From positions 1-16,645 of the forward strand of contig JAQBYT010000055.1 of the NCBI GenBank assembly GCA_027622665.1: a stretch of 16,645 nt of DNA. The letters are read 5' to 3'. The stretch's first letter is position 1; each line of letters starts with the position of its first letter. Below the pieces are notes generated by a model. It was given only the letters and a program-made list of their open reading frames with translations, was not told the DNA's origin and did not search any database. This stretch comes from Verrucomicrobiota bacterium (GTDB taxonomy: Bacteria > Verrucomicrobiota > Verrucomicrobiia > Opitutales > Seribacteraceae). Both the position numbers and the translations under genes were made by a program. Shown one piece after another: positions 8,131 to 16,346 of this stretch.

Positions 8131-9246
8131 TTGAAAATCACAGAAGTCGCTCCCTTTCTATTACATGTTCCCGTAACCGGAGGCGGGATTTCCGACAGCA
8201 CCCACGAGATTACTCACTGGGGGATGCCGGGGTGTCGCATCATTACGGATGCCGGGCTTGTAGGATTCGGGTATACCGGCACCCATGCAGCAGCAAGTCT
8301 CGATAGACTAATCACTTCCTGCATCTCCGATGTCTACGCACCACTCCTGTTGAACGAAGACCCGAGAGAAGTACGGTCTCTTCATTGCAAGCTGCTCTTC
8401 GATCCGCCCTCACATTGGGTCGGTCGCGGAGGCATAACCCAAATGGCACTCTCGGCCGTTGACATTGCCTTGTGGGATCTAAAGGCAAAGGCAATGGGGG
8501 AACCTCTCTGGCATCTTCTCGGCGGTTCCGCCACTAAATCGGTTGAAGCTTACAATACTGATTGCGGTTGGCTTAATCTCTCTAACGAAAAATTGGTAGA
8601 CGGTTGTCGCTACATGATTGAGGAGGAAGGTTTTGCCGCAGTTAAAATGAAGGTGGGCAAACCGGATCCGAAGGAAGATCTTGAGCGGGTGGAAGCCGTT
8701 CGATCCGCAATCGGCTCAAAACCCCGCTTAATGGTCGACGCTAACGCAAAGTGGAATCTGCCGATGGCCATTCAGTATGGTTCCCGTTTTGCGGACTTTG
8801 ACGTATCATGGTTCGAGGAACCGCTTTGGCACGACGACGTTAGGGGCCATGCTTGCCTGGCTAAAGCGATCGACACCCCGTTAGCCCTTGGTGAATTACT
8901 TTACAATCGTGACCAGTTTCGGGAATTTGTAATTGCCGAAGCAGTACACTATCTGCAACCCGACGCTTCGAGATGCGGGGGAATCACCGGACTTTGGGAG
9001 ATCGCCGATCTCGGTCTTGCTTACAATATTCCCGTTTCTCCCCACCACGGCGACATGATGCAAGCTCAACTTCACGCCGTGATAGCCCACTCCGGTTGCT
9101 CTCAATTGGAATTCATCCCATGGACTCTTCATTGCTTCGAGGAACCTGTCTGCGTTAAGGACGGGCGTTATTGTATTCCTGAGCGACCTGGAGCTGGTAC
9201 CACTATCACTCCGGACTCCTTTGAGAAGTACGGAATATCGCTTTGA
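8131..9246 (+). CDS. Mandelate racemase-subgroup enolase-superfamily enzyme (probable acid-sugar dehydratase, substrate unknown)
   Basis: TTG start 6 nt after the upstream stop. Motifs ALSAVDIALWDLKAK and KMK, metal ligands in MVDAN / FEEP / LGE, QPD and the catalytic His in SPHH. Confidence 0.92.
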   Translation: MKITEVAPFLLHVPVTGGGISDSTHEITHWGMPGCRIITDAGLVGFGYTGTHAAASLDRLITSCISDVYAPLLLNEDPREVRSLHCKLLFDPPSHWVGRGGITQMALSAVDIALWDLKAKAMGEPLWHLLGGSATKSVEAYNTDCGWLNLSNEKLVDGCRYMIEEEGFAAVKMKVGKPDPKEDLERVEAVRSAIGSKPRLMVDANAKWNLPMAIQYGSRFADFDVSWFEEPLWHDDVRGHACLAKAIDTPLALGELLYNRDQFREFVIAEAVHYLQPDASRCGGITGLWEIADLGLAYNIPVSPHHGDMMQAQLHAVIAHSGCSQLEFIPWTLHCFEEPVCVKDGRYCIPERPGAGTTITPDSFEKYGISL

Positions 9247-9303
9247 TTGAAGTTGACGAATGAATCTGTCCTTTGAATTACTTCATATGAAGCCTTCACA
9301 AAC

Positions 9304-10515
9304 ATGAAAAATAAACTCTTCCTTTGTCTGCCTGTTCTTTCCTGCCTCTGCCTTGGGAAACCTGAGGTAGAGTATCAACTATCCCGTGTCTATGATAACA
9401 TTCAGACACCAAAACCCATAAGCATCGTGGTGATGCCCGACGGTTCGGGCAAGGAACTGCTGGTCTTGCAGGGCGGAAAAGTACTGACCCTGCCCAAGGA
9501 TCGTTCATCCGGTAAAGCTGAGGTGTTTCTAGACCTTTCGGGTTCAAACATGATTGATAAAGCCTTTGAGGAAGGCCTCCTCGGACTCGTCTTTCATCCT
9601 GATTTCAAGAAGAACAAAAAGTTTTACCTTTATCACACTTTACAGAACCCAAAGCGAAGTCGGCTAGTAGAGAGGCGCATGAGTAAGAAGGATTCCTCCA
9701 AACCGGACGAGAAATACGAGCGTCTCTTGCTGGAACTGCCGCAACCTTTTTGGAATCACAATTCGGGCAACCCTATTTTTGGTCCCGACAACCTTCTGTA
9801 CATCTCCACCGGGGATGGCGGAAAAGCCAATGATCCGCTCGATCATTCCCAAAACACCTTTGCCCTATACGGTAAAATCCTGCGAATCGACGTTGATTCC
9901 CGCACGGGTGATCTTCCTTATGGCATTCCCGGAGATAACCCTTTCGTGGGTAAGGAAGGATATAGGCCGGAAATATGGGCCCTCGGCTTGCGCAATCCTT
10001 GGGGCATACACTGGGACCACCCAAGCAATACGCTTTTTTGCGCAGACGTGGGCCAAAACCAGCGTGAAGAGATAAACGTTATAAAAAAGGGAGGGAACTA
10101 CGGATGGAGCTTCAGGGAAGGAACGATCAAATTCCCGCTAAAGCACCGCGACCCTCCCGCCAATTCCAAATTCATCGATCCCGTCTTTGAATATGATCGC
10201 ACCCTTGGACTCAGCGTTAGCGGCGGCATTGTTTATCGAGGAAAGAACCTGCCTGCCCTGCGTGAACATTACCTTTTCGGGGATTGGGGGACAGGCAATT
10301 TCTGGGCACTAAGATATGCCAAAGAAAAGGTTGTGGACATACAAAAGCTCAATTGGTCTCATAAGGTAAATCCGGTTGGCGAAACGAAAGAGCCCGGCAT
10401 TCCCGCCAAGATCACGAAAGGTTCTTTTAAGCCTGTCAACTTCTGCAACAATGCGGAAGGCGAACTCCTCGTCCTTGACTGGAACGGAGTCATTTATGAA
10501 GTAACGGTAAGATGA
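9304..10515 (+). CDS. PQQ-dependent sugar dehydrogenase (glucose/sorbosone dehydrogenase family), secreted
   Basis: Signal peptide and the motifs EEGLLGLVFHPDF, NHNSG..FGPD..LYISTGDGG, GKILRID, EIWALGLRNPW and GGNYGW. Confidence 0.93.
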   Translation: MKNKLFLCLPVLSCLCLGKPEVEYQLSRVYDNIQTPKPISIVVMPDGSGKELLVLQGGKVLTLPKDRSSGKAEVFLDLSGSNMIDKAFEEGLLGLVFHPDFKKNKKFYLYHTLQNPKRSRLVERRMSKKDSSKPDEKYERLLLELPQPFWNHNSGNPIFGPDNLLYISTGDGGKANDPLDHSQNTFALYGKILRIDVDSRTGDLPYGIPGDNPFVGKEGYRPEIWALGLRNPWGIHWDHPSNTLFCADVGQNQREEINVIKKGGNYGWSFREGTIKFPLKHRDPPANSKFIDPVFEYDRTLGLSVSGGIVYRGKNLPALREHYLFGDWGTGNFWALRYAKEKVVDIQKLNWSHKVNPVGETKEPGIPAKITKGSFKPVNFCNNAEGELLVLDWNGVIYEVTVR

Positions 10516-11340
10516 TAGTACTATCTTGAGTTTACCAAGATCGACTGACTTACAGTTCCTCGAGGAGCTTCGTCAGAATCCATCATCACTGACCAAGAAC
10601 ATTACCTTTCGAACGACTGGTCATCGCCACATGCAGGATTCCGCAGTTCCCGTTTGGAGTAATCCATTAACTTGGGGCACTTGTTAGCAAGTGGTACACC
10701 ACGATTGCCAAATGAAAGCTCGTGAATGTGAGACCGTCGTAACGATTTCGGCTGATTAGCGTGAAAGCTTTGGGCTTCACAATCAACGAAGTCTTCCAAC
10801 TAGACCTGATACCTCCTATTCATTGGTGAAGTTCCTCCTCGTTTTTTTTTCGACCCTAGAGAATAAGGTGAGTTGAGTTCCGCCATTTACTTCGCCGCAT
10901 TCGATGGCGACATTTACTTTGCTTCTTTGACTCTAATTCGTCAGACCGCCCACAATTGCGATTTTCAGATACGATGTCTCGGTTTCGACCAAAAACGGCG
11001 ACGCATAGGGGGTTAACCTACATCAATTGATATGTGCCTTATCCATGCAAAGGATTTGAGAATCTGGAGAATGGTTAGGATTAGTGGAAAAAACCATACC
11101 TTCAATTGGGTTTCGAAAAGATAGGGAGCGTTAGCGTTTTCAATCTCCCTAGGATTGGCGACAATTTCCTAATGAGGCATTTACGAAAAAGCAACTTAAC
11201 CACATGTCCACATGCTCAGTCCATGAATCTTCAACTACAAATGAAATTCGGGCCACTTCCCTTTTGTCACTTAAGTCCCAGTTCGAATTTGACTTGCAAC
11301 TACTCAGGGTGAAAAATTGATTAGTGCCAATTACTTTATA

Positions 11341-11778
11341 ATGGAGAATGAAGAGCATCGTTTTCCCGTTCTCTTGCGAACCGCATGGTTCTCCCTGAAC
11401 AAATCTTTCCGCGAACTGTTGCGAGAAACGGGCTTAACTCCAGTTCAATTTACGATTTTACGGTGGCTTTCGGAACACAAGAAATCCTCGCTTTCTCAGC
11501 GCGACTTAGCCGAACTCACGGCAAGTAACCAAAACAACATTGCGGATCTAATGGATAGACTCGAGGCACTTGATTTGATTAAGAGAGAGAGGGATGAAAG
11601 TGACTCTCGCCGAAAAATCACAAGCCTTACTCCGAGAGGTGAAACTGTTTACGAGCATTCTCGAGTGCTTGCGCTGGAATTACAAATGAAAGCAATGTCC
11701 TGTTTCCCAAAAGACCAATCAAACCGGTTGCTCGACACCTTGACTCGAGTAAACGAAAACTTAAGGGGGAACTCATAG
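11341..11778 (+). CDS. MarR-family transcriptional regulator
   Basis: GLTPVQFTIL, LSQRDLAE, LMDRLEALDLIKR and DSRRKITSLTPRG form the winged-helix signature. ATG at 11341 is preferred over TTG at 11317. Confidence 0.93.
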   Translation: MENEEHRFPVLLRTAWFSLNKSFRELLRETGLTPVQFTILRWLSEHKKSSLSQRDLAELTASNQNNIADLMDRLEALDLIKRERDESDSRRKITSLTPRGETVYEHSRVLALELQMKAMSCFPKDQSNRLLDTLTRVNENLRGNS

Positions 11779-11847
11779 GGGTGTGGTTTCGTAATGTGTC
11801 CAGAGATAAGGCATTAGCCGCATAAAAATGAAAAGGTTTTTGTAATT

Positions 11848-12282
11848 ATGGCAGCCGACATTTTTTCCGAAGAACAACGCTCATATGTCATGAGTCGAGT
11901 TGGATCAAAGAACACCAAACCCGAGTTGATCGTTCGCTCTTTTCTTCATGGACTTGGGTTTCGATTCAGGATTCATGAGCAAAAGCTACCAGGGTGCCCT
12001 GACATTGTTCTGCCGAAGCATAGATGCGTCGTATTTGTGAATGGATGCTTCTGGCACCGGCACAAAGATTGCCGACGTGCGTCCATGCCATTGACACGTG
12101 TGGATTTCTGGCAAACCAAGTTTGATGGAAATATTGCCCGCGATGAAAAGAATCAACGCCTACTCAAGAAAAACAAATGGAAAGTATGCCTAGTGTGGGA
12201 GTGCGAAATAGATAAGGAGTCTCGTCGCGCAGAGAAATTGCTGGAACTGGCTAATGAAATTATTCAACCATTGGATATATAA
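11848..12282 (+). CDS. vsr: Very short patch repair (T:G mismatch) endonuclease Vsr
   Basis: DIFSEEQRSYVMSRVGSKNTKPE, LPGCPDIV, FVNGCFWHRH, FWQTK...N..RD and VWECE. Confidence 0.96.
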   Translation: MAADIFSEEQRSYVMSRVGSKNTKPELIVRSFLHGLGFRFRIHEQKLPGCPDIVLPKHRCVVFVNGCFWHRHKDCRRASMPLTRVDFWQTKFDGNIARDEKNQRLLKKNKWKVCLVWECEIDKESRRAEKLLELANEIIQPLDI

Positions 12283-14174
12283 GGCTGCTGAAGCGATAGG
12301 TCTAAGTGCTCAATGCCTTCGTCTATTTCCCCAATGGAGATCCTGAGGCGTCCTTTTCTTGTATTTAAGCCCATGAGCTTGTGACCAAGCATACGTTGCT
12401 GCGTTTCGATTGCAAAACGGTCCATGCCGCCGCTTTCAGCGATTTGGTGTTGAGATTGCCACTTGGTCGACGGCCAGAAAAACCCGAACAGGGCCAGTGC
12501 AATGCCCGCGGCAGCGTGATAAGGCCCGAGGAAATCCCGGAAGGCTAGACTAACTCCAATCGTTGTTAATCCCAAAATGACTAACGCCGGTGCAACTGAA
12601 AGTGAAATGTTTCGCCTGGGTTTGCGAGACCCCGGGTTCAAGAAACTATGAAGGAGATTTTCCTTCAATCCGTTCAAAGTATCGATTTTTTTGTCTATAC
12701 CGGTAAGTTCACTATGAATATTTTCGCGCTCCGCCTCGAGATCATTTCGTTTGGATTCACTTTCACTTTTTCGTTGCACCCAGGTTTCAGTGATTAACGC
12801 CAAAAGACTTTCGTCCTCTTCCTCTCTTGAACTCAATGTCTTATATCTAGACACAATCCCCAACGCCTCAGGACGAAATTTGTAAAAGCCCAAATGATCT
12901 TCGAAAACTTCTGGATTTTGACCAACGAACTCGATCATGCTTACACCTTCATCATCACCGAACAATTTAGTCAGCACTTTTGTGTCAAAGCATTGAAAGC
13001 TTGATAAGCGAATGGGGATCCATCTCGAGCGCGGATTAGGAAAAAGTTCCTCGAACGCCAGATGTGACTCTGCCCGACTTGACCACTCTGCGGATTCTTC
13101 AGGGCGGAGTCTGGCATGTAGGGAAAGTGCTTGATCTCGCACATCCTGCAACAGGGCTAATGCGTTGCCTGGTAGAATTTCTGCCAGATTGCCTGCATTT
13201 TTAATCCAATTAAAAGAAAGGGATGCTTCCCTCGGATTACAGAACAAGCCTAATGAATCCTTTGAAACTACGGGCAGATAGGCTGCGCGAAATAGATATT
13301 CCGTTTCCTCTGGAGAAAATCCGTCCAGCGATGACAGGGATGCTTTTTGTTCTTCATTGGCATTCATTGGCGCGTCTGAATTCATACCTGTAGTCGGTGC
13401 ATTCTTTAAGATTTGCAGTAACCTGCCGGGGTTTCCACCGGAAAGAGTTCGCAGGTTCTCCCCGTCAGGAGCGGTGCTCCCCAATAAGCTAGCAATTTCA
13501 GCGCATTCTGCAGAACGTAAAGGGCGCAGTTTCAATTTAATTACTCGATTTCCGCAGGCGGATTGAATTAAATGCTCCGCCTCGTCGGCAGGGTTTGCTT
13601 CTGCTGCAAATATGCAACGGGTCCGCTCCGCCATTCCGGCATCATTCCATTTGGGGAAGAAGTCGTTGGCTAACCAATTTATGACTTTCGTGGGAAGCTT
13701 TTCTAGATCGTCGATAGCAAGGACGATAGTGACGCCATTTCCACCCTTCTCCTGAATTTGAGGTAAAGCTTCAAATAAGTTGGCCAACCACTGCTCAGAT
13801 AATATTTCACCAATTGAAGAGTCTCCAATGGTTTCGGATTTAGTTAATTCTCGCTCAAGTTCAAAAGCTTTTCGTCCGAATGCTCTGGCAAAGGAAGATA
13901 AACCTTGTCGCAGATCGGCGGATGAAGTGTCTATGCCTCTAGCCAAAGAAGTGGCGGCTTGAATTTCATCAAAAGCCGTAGAGAAGTTGGGTGCGATCCA
14001 TATGTAAGGATGTCCGGCCTGGGAGATTTCGCGCCAACTCTCCTGAAGCAAAGCACTTTTCCCTATCCCCGCTTTTCCGGTAAAGAGAAATCCCTTGGCC
14101 GAGCCTCCCGCCGACAAACCATTGCGAATGCCGTCCAGTTCTGCTTTGCGTCCTACAATTGCATTTTTCTCCAT
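12264..14174 (-). CDS. STAND-class (AAA_16-like) NTPase with C-terminal coiled coil, two predicted TM helices and a second coiled coil
   Basis: IVGRKAEL N-terminal motif, Walker A GKAGIGKS, Walker B IVLAIDD, LRPL and SGGNPG (GxP). Hydrophobic segments ISLSVAPALVILGLTTIGVSLAF and YHAAAGIALALFGFFWP. Confidence 0.85.
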   Translation of the reverse strand: MEKNAIVGRKAELDGIRNGLSAGGSAKGFLFTGKAGIGKSALLQESWREISQAGHPYIWIAPNFSTAFDEIQAATSLARGIDTSSADLRQGLSSFARAFGRKAFELERELTKSETIGDSSIGEILSEQWLANLFEALPQIQEKGGNGVTIVLAIDDLEKLPTKVINWLANDFFPKWNDAGMAERTRCIFAAEANPADEAEHLIQSACGNRVIKLKLRPLRSAECAEIASLLGSTAPDGENLRTLSGGNPGRLLQILKNAPTTGMNSDAPMNANEEQKASLSSLDGFSPEETEYLFRAAYLPVVSKDSLGLFCNPREASLSFNWIKNAGNLAEILPGNALALLQDVRDQALSLHARLRPEESAEWSSRAESHLAFEELFPNPRSRWIPIRLSSFQCFDTKVLTKLFGDDEGVSMIEFVGQNPEVFEDHLGFYKFRPEALGIVSRYKTLSSREEEDESLLALITETWVQRKSESESKRNDLEAERENIHSELTGIDKKIDTLNGLKENLLHSFLNPGSRKPRRNISLSVAPALVILGLTTIGVSLAFRDFLGPYHAAAGIALALFGFFWPSTKWQSQHQIAESGGMDRFAIETQQRMLGHKLMGLNTRKGRLRISIGEIDEGIEHLDLSLQQPYISNG

Positions 14175-14203
14175 AATCTACCCTGTACGTTGATTATTAA
14201 TTT

Positions 14204-14233
14204 ATAATAGTTTGAGAATGCTGCCCACTGCAA
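14204..14233 (-). promoter_or_regulatory. Possible sigma70-type promoter for the NTPase gene
   Basis: Minus strand TTGCAG-N18-TATTAT in an AT-rich tract about 30 nt before ATG 14174. Confidence 0.3.
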
Positions 14234-14347
14234 CACATTATGTTATTGGGCAATCCCTCCGCCGCGGGGACGGGGTCCGGGGCGTCGCCGCGTTCTCCTC
14301 ATTGAGGCAAACGAGGCGCCGCCGCCGGAACACCCGGTTCCGCCGCG

Positions 14348-15256
14348 TCAGGAACGTCCGCCCGCTGATTTCAGCAGGTCGAGCACGATGCCCAGATTTA
14401 GGTTCGATTGAGCCAGTGCCGCTGATGCCGCATAGACCTGTAGGTTATACTTTGCATAGTTCGTCGTCTCCTCGGCGATGTCGACATCCATGATCCGCCC
14501 ATAGGCGGACTCCAGATTAGTTCGACTCGATCCGAGAAAATCGGAAGCGAACCCAAGACGAGATGATGTCGCAGCAACCTCCGCTCGAACCGAGGCGAGG
14601 TTGGTGATGACGCCAGACAAGCTTGTCAAAGCCACATCCGATATCGACAAGTCATTGGCTGTACCTGTGGCCTGAGTCGCCGACCACAGTTCCGATACCA
14701 CCGCAGCTCCAGCTGTATGGGTAGTCGTCAAGGCCCCGCGAATGCTCACGTTGCCCATCGTCAAAAACACTCCGCTTTCCAACTGGGACGCAGAGGTGTA
14801 CACCTTACTACGACTGGTATCGCCTACTGCCACTTTTCCGCCTTCACCGAACAGACTGATGCCATTGAAGGTTTCGTTCATGTATCCGGCAAGGGACTTG
14901 CTCAGTTCCTTGAACTCCGTAGCATAAGCTAACTTCTCCGACGTCAATACAACACTGTCGTAACTGGTCTTTATCGTAGACATTCTATCCACGATATTAC
15001 CAATCGACTCCAATGCGCTGTCCTGTGTGTCTGTGAACGACTTTGCGTTCTCCACATTCGACTGCACCGCCTTGGTGATCGTAATCGAGTTGTTCAGTCG
15101 CATGGATACCGCCAAGCCACCCGGATCGTCCGATGGCGTGGTGATCCGCAGCCCGCTGGATAAGCGCATCAGGCTTTTCGAAAGCATCTCCTGAGCACCC
15201 GACAACTGCAACGTCGCGAAGGCAGAAGCGCCTCCTCCTCCTAGATTAATAGCCAT
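14348..15256 (-). CDS. fliC: Flagellin, divergent/minor copy (302 aa)
   Basis: RLSSGLRITTPSDDPGGLAV, TFNGISLF, RAEVAATSSRL and NLESAYGRIMDVDIAEE. A GAGG RBS lies in the 15-nt gap after the preceding flagellin. Confidence 0.93.
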   Translation of the reverse strand: MAINLGGGGASAFATLQLSGAQEMLSKSLMRLSSGLRITTPSDDPGGLAVSMRLNNSITITKAVQSNVENAKSFTDTQDSALESIGNIVDRMSTIKTSYDSVVLTSEKLAYATEFKELSKSLAGYMNETFNGISLFGEGGKVAVGDTSRSKVYTSASQLESGVFLTMGNVSIRGALTTTHTAGAAVVSELWSATQATGTANDLSISDVALTSLSGVITNLASVRAEVAATSSRLGFASDFLGSSRTNLESAYGRIMDVDIAEETTNYAKYNLQVYAASAALAQSNLNLGIVLDLLKSAGGRS

Positions 15257-15271
15257 GATTCAGAACCTCGA

Positions 15272-16222
15272 TTAAGCGAGGAGCATTAATGCAGTGTTCT
15301 GCATGGAGTTCGCCTGGGAGAGCATGGCGGCTGATGCCTGTGACAATATATTGAACTTAGCCAATTGTGTCGACTCCTCCGCAACGTCTACATCCATAAT
15401 CCGACTATTCGCTGCCTCCAGATTAGCCTTGTTTAATCGCAAGTGCTCTTCTGAAAACGCCAACCTTGCAGATGTCGCCCCGTTCGAAGCCCGTAACGTT
15501 GCAATGTTTTCCAGAGCCGTGGTCAATAGACCAATGCTTACCTGAGTTAGCGTAAGCGATTCGCTCACGTCCTTAGCGGCGAGAGTCCGGTCGGTACCGG
15601 TGGAGTTTATATTATCGGCATATGAAACGGCCAGTTTCCTTCCTGCAGCAGTGGCAGCATCATAGTCGAACGATACCGCACTAAGCAGCAGTGACTTGCT
15701 CACGCTCACATTGGATCCTGCAGACCCTTCCGATGAAGTGTAAACACTCATTGTGTTCGCACCCGCATCAGTATTGTACACAGCGGCGACATCGAGCTCG
15801 TTGGTTGTCGCAAATAGGCTGACTCCGTTGAAAGTCTCTGCCCCTAATTGGTATAACTGACGCTGTAACGCCCCGAACTCGGTGTCGTAGTTAGCCACGT
15901 CCGACGCGCTTTTCATGACATCGAGACTGAGTGATTTAAGCTCGGCCATTCTGTCGACAATACGTGCCGCTGACTGCAACGCTCCATCTTGCACATCACC
16001 GAACGACATTGCATTTTGAATATTAGATATTGCAGACTTCGTTCGGTTGATGGATGCCGACAGCTTCATGGAGACGGCAAGGCCTCCAGCATCGTCTGCC
16101 GGTGATGTGATTCGCCGCCCGCTGGAAAGTCTGGCGAGACTTTTCTGCAAGTTGCTATTGTTCTTATTCAGGCTGGCCGCGGCATTGGTCGCCGCGGTAT
16201 TGGTATTTATTGTTAATGCCAT
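15272..16222 (-). CDS. fliC: Flagellin (316 aa)
   Basis: Canonical MALTINTN...RLSSGRRITSPADDAGGLAVS N-terminus and NLEAANSRIMDVDVAEES...ILSQASAAMLSQAN...LMLLA C-terminus. Confidence 0.97.
   Translation of the reverse strand: MALTINTNTAATNAAASLNKNNSNLQKSLARLSSGRRITSPADDAGGLAVSMKLSASINRTKSAISNIQNAMSFGDVQDGALQSAARIVDRMAELKSLSLDVMKSASDVANYDTEFGALQRQLYQLGAETFNGVSLFATTNELDVAAVYNTDAGANTMSVYTSSEGSAGSNVSVSKSLLLSAVSFDYDAATAAGRKLAVSYADNINSTGTDRTLAAKDVSESLTLTQVSIGLLTTALENIATLRASNGATSARLAFSEEHLRLNKANLEAANSRIMDVDVAEESTQLAKFNILSQASAAMLSQANSMQNTALMLLA
15405..15570. repeat. Copy 1 of a 166-bp near-identical direct repeat (partner 16480-16645)
   Basis: Manual alignment at offset 1075 shows 5 mismatches in 166 nt. 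Confidence 0.95.
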
Positions 16223-16230
16223 GGTGGTTT

Positions 16231-16280
16231 ATCGTCCTTGATTTATGTTTATGTTATTGTTTCGACGGCATCCTGCCGCC
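16231..16280 (-). promoter_or_regulatory. Two GGA-loop hairpins in the flagellin 5' leader (CsrA/RsmA-type binding sites)
   Basis: In mRNA sense: GGCGGCA-GGA-UGCCGUC (16280-16264) and AUC-AAGGAC-GAU (16242-16231). The second overlaps the SD position, 8 nt before ATG 16222. Confidence 0.65.
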
Positions 16281-16317
16281 AAGGGCCAATGGGGAGAAGG
16301 GATTGGCACCCTTTTTT
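16281..16317. other. Stem-loop between flagellin genes; the T-tract is on the + (antisense) strand
   Basis: AAGGGCCAAT-GGGGAGAAGGG-ATTGGCACCCTT running into a T6 tract. Confidence 0.45.
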
Positions 16318-16346
16318 ATAAATTAAACATGAGATTGGTTAGTAAT

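Noticed and set aside
14306..14330. GGCAAAC resembling a c-di-GMP-I riboswitch start
   Set aside because: It lacks the GNRA-capped P2 stem and the GCAAAGC/P3 elements, and lies on the strand opposite the neighbouring genes.
14246..14350. TGA followed by a hairpin (SECIS-like), with an open continuation RGGTGCSGGGASFAS... that faintly echoes the flagellin N-terminus GGGGASAFA
   Set aside because: The flagellin fold is already complete, there is no Cys-equivalent position, and the continuation is low-complexity GC-rich sequence, so chance is the likeliest explanation.
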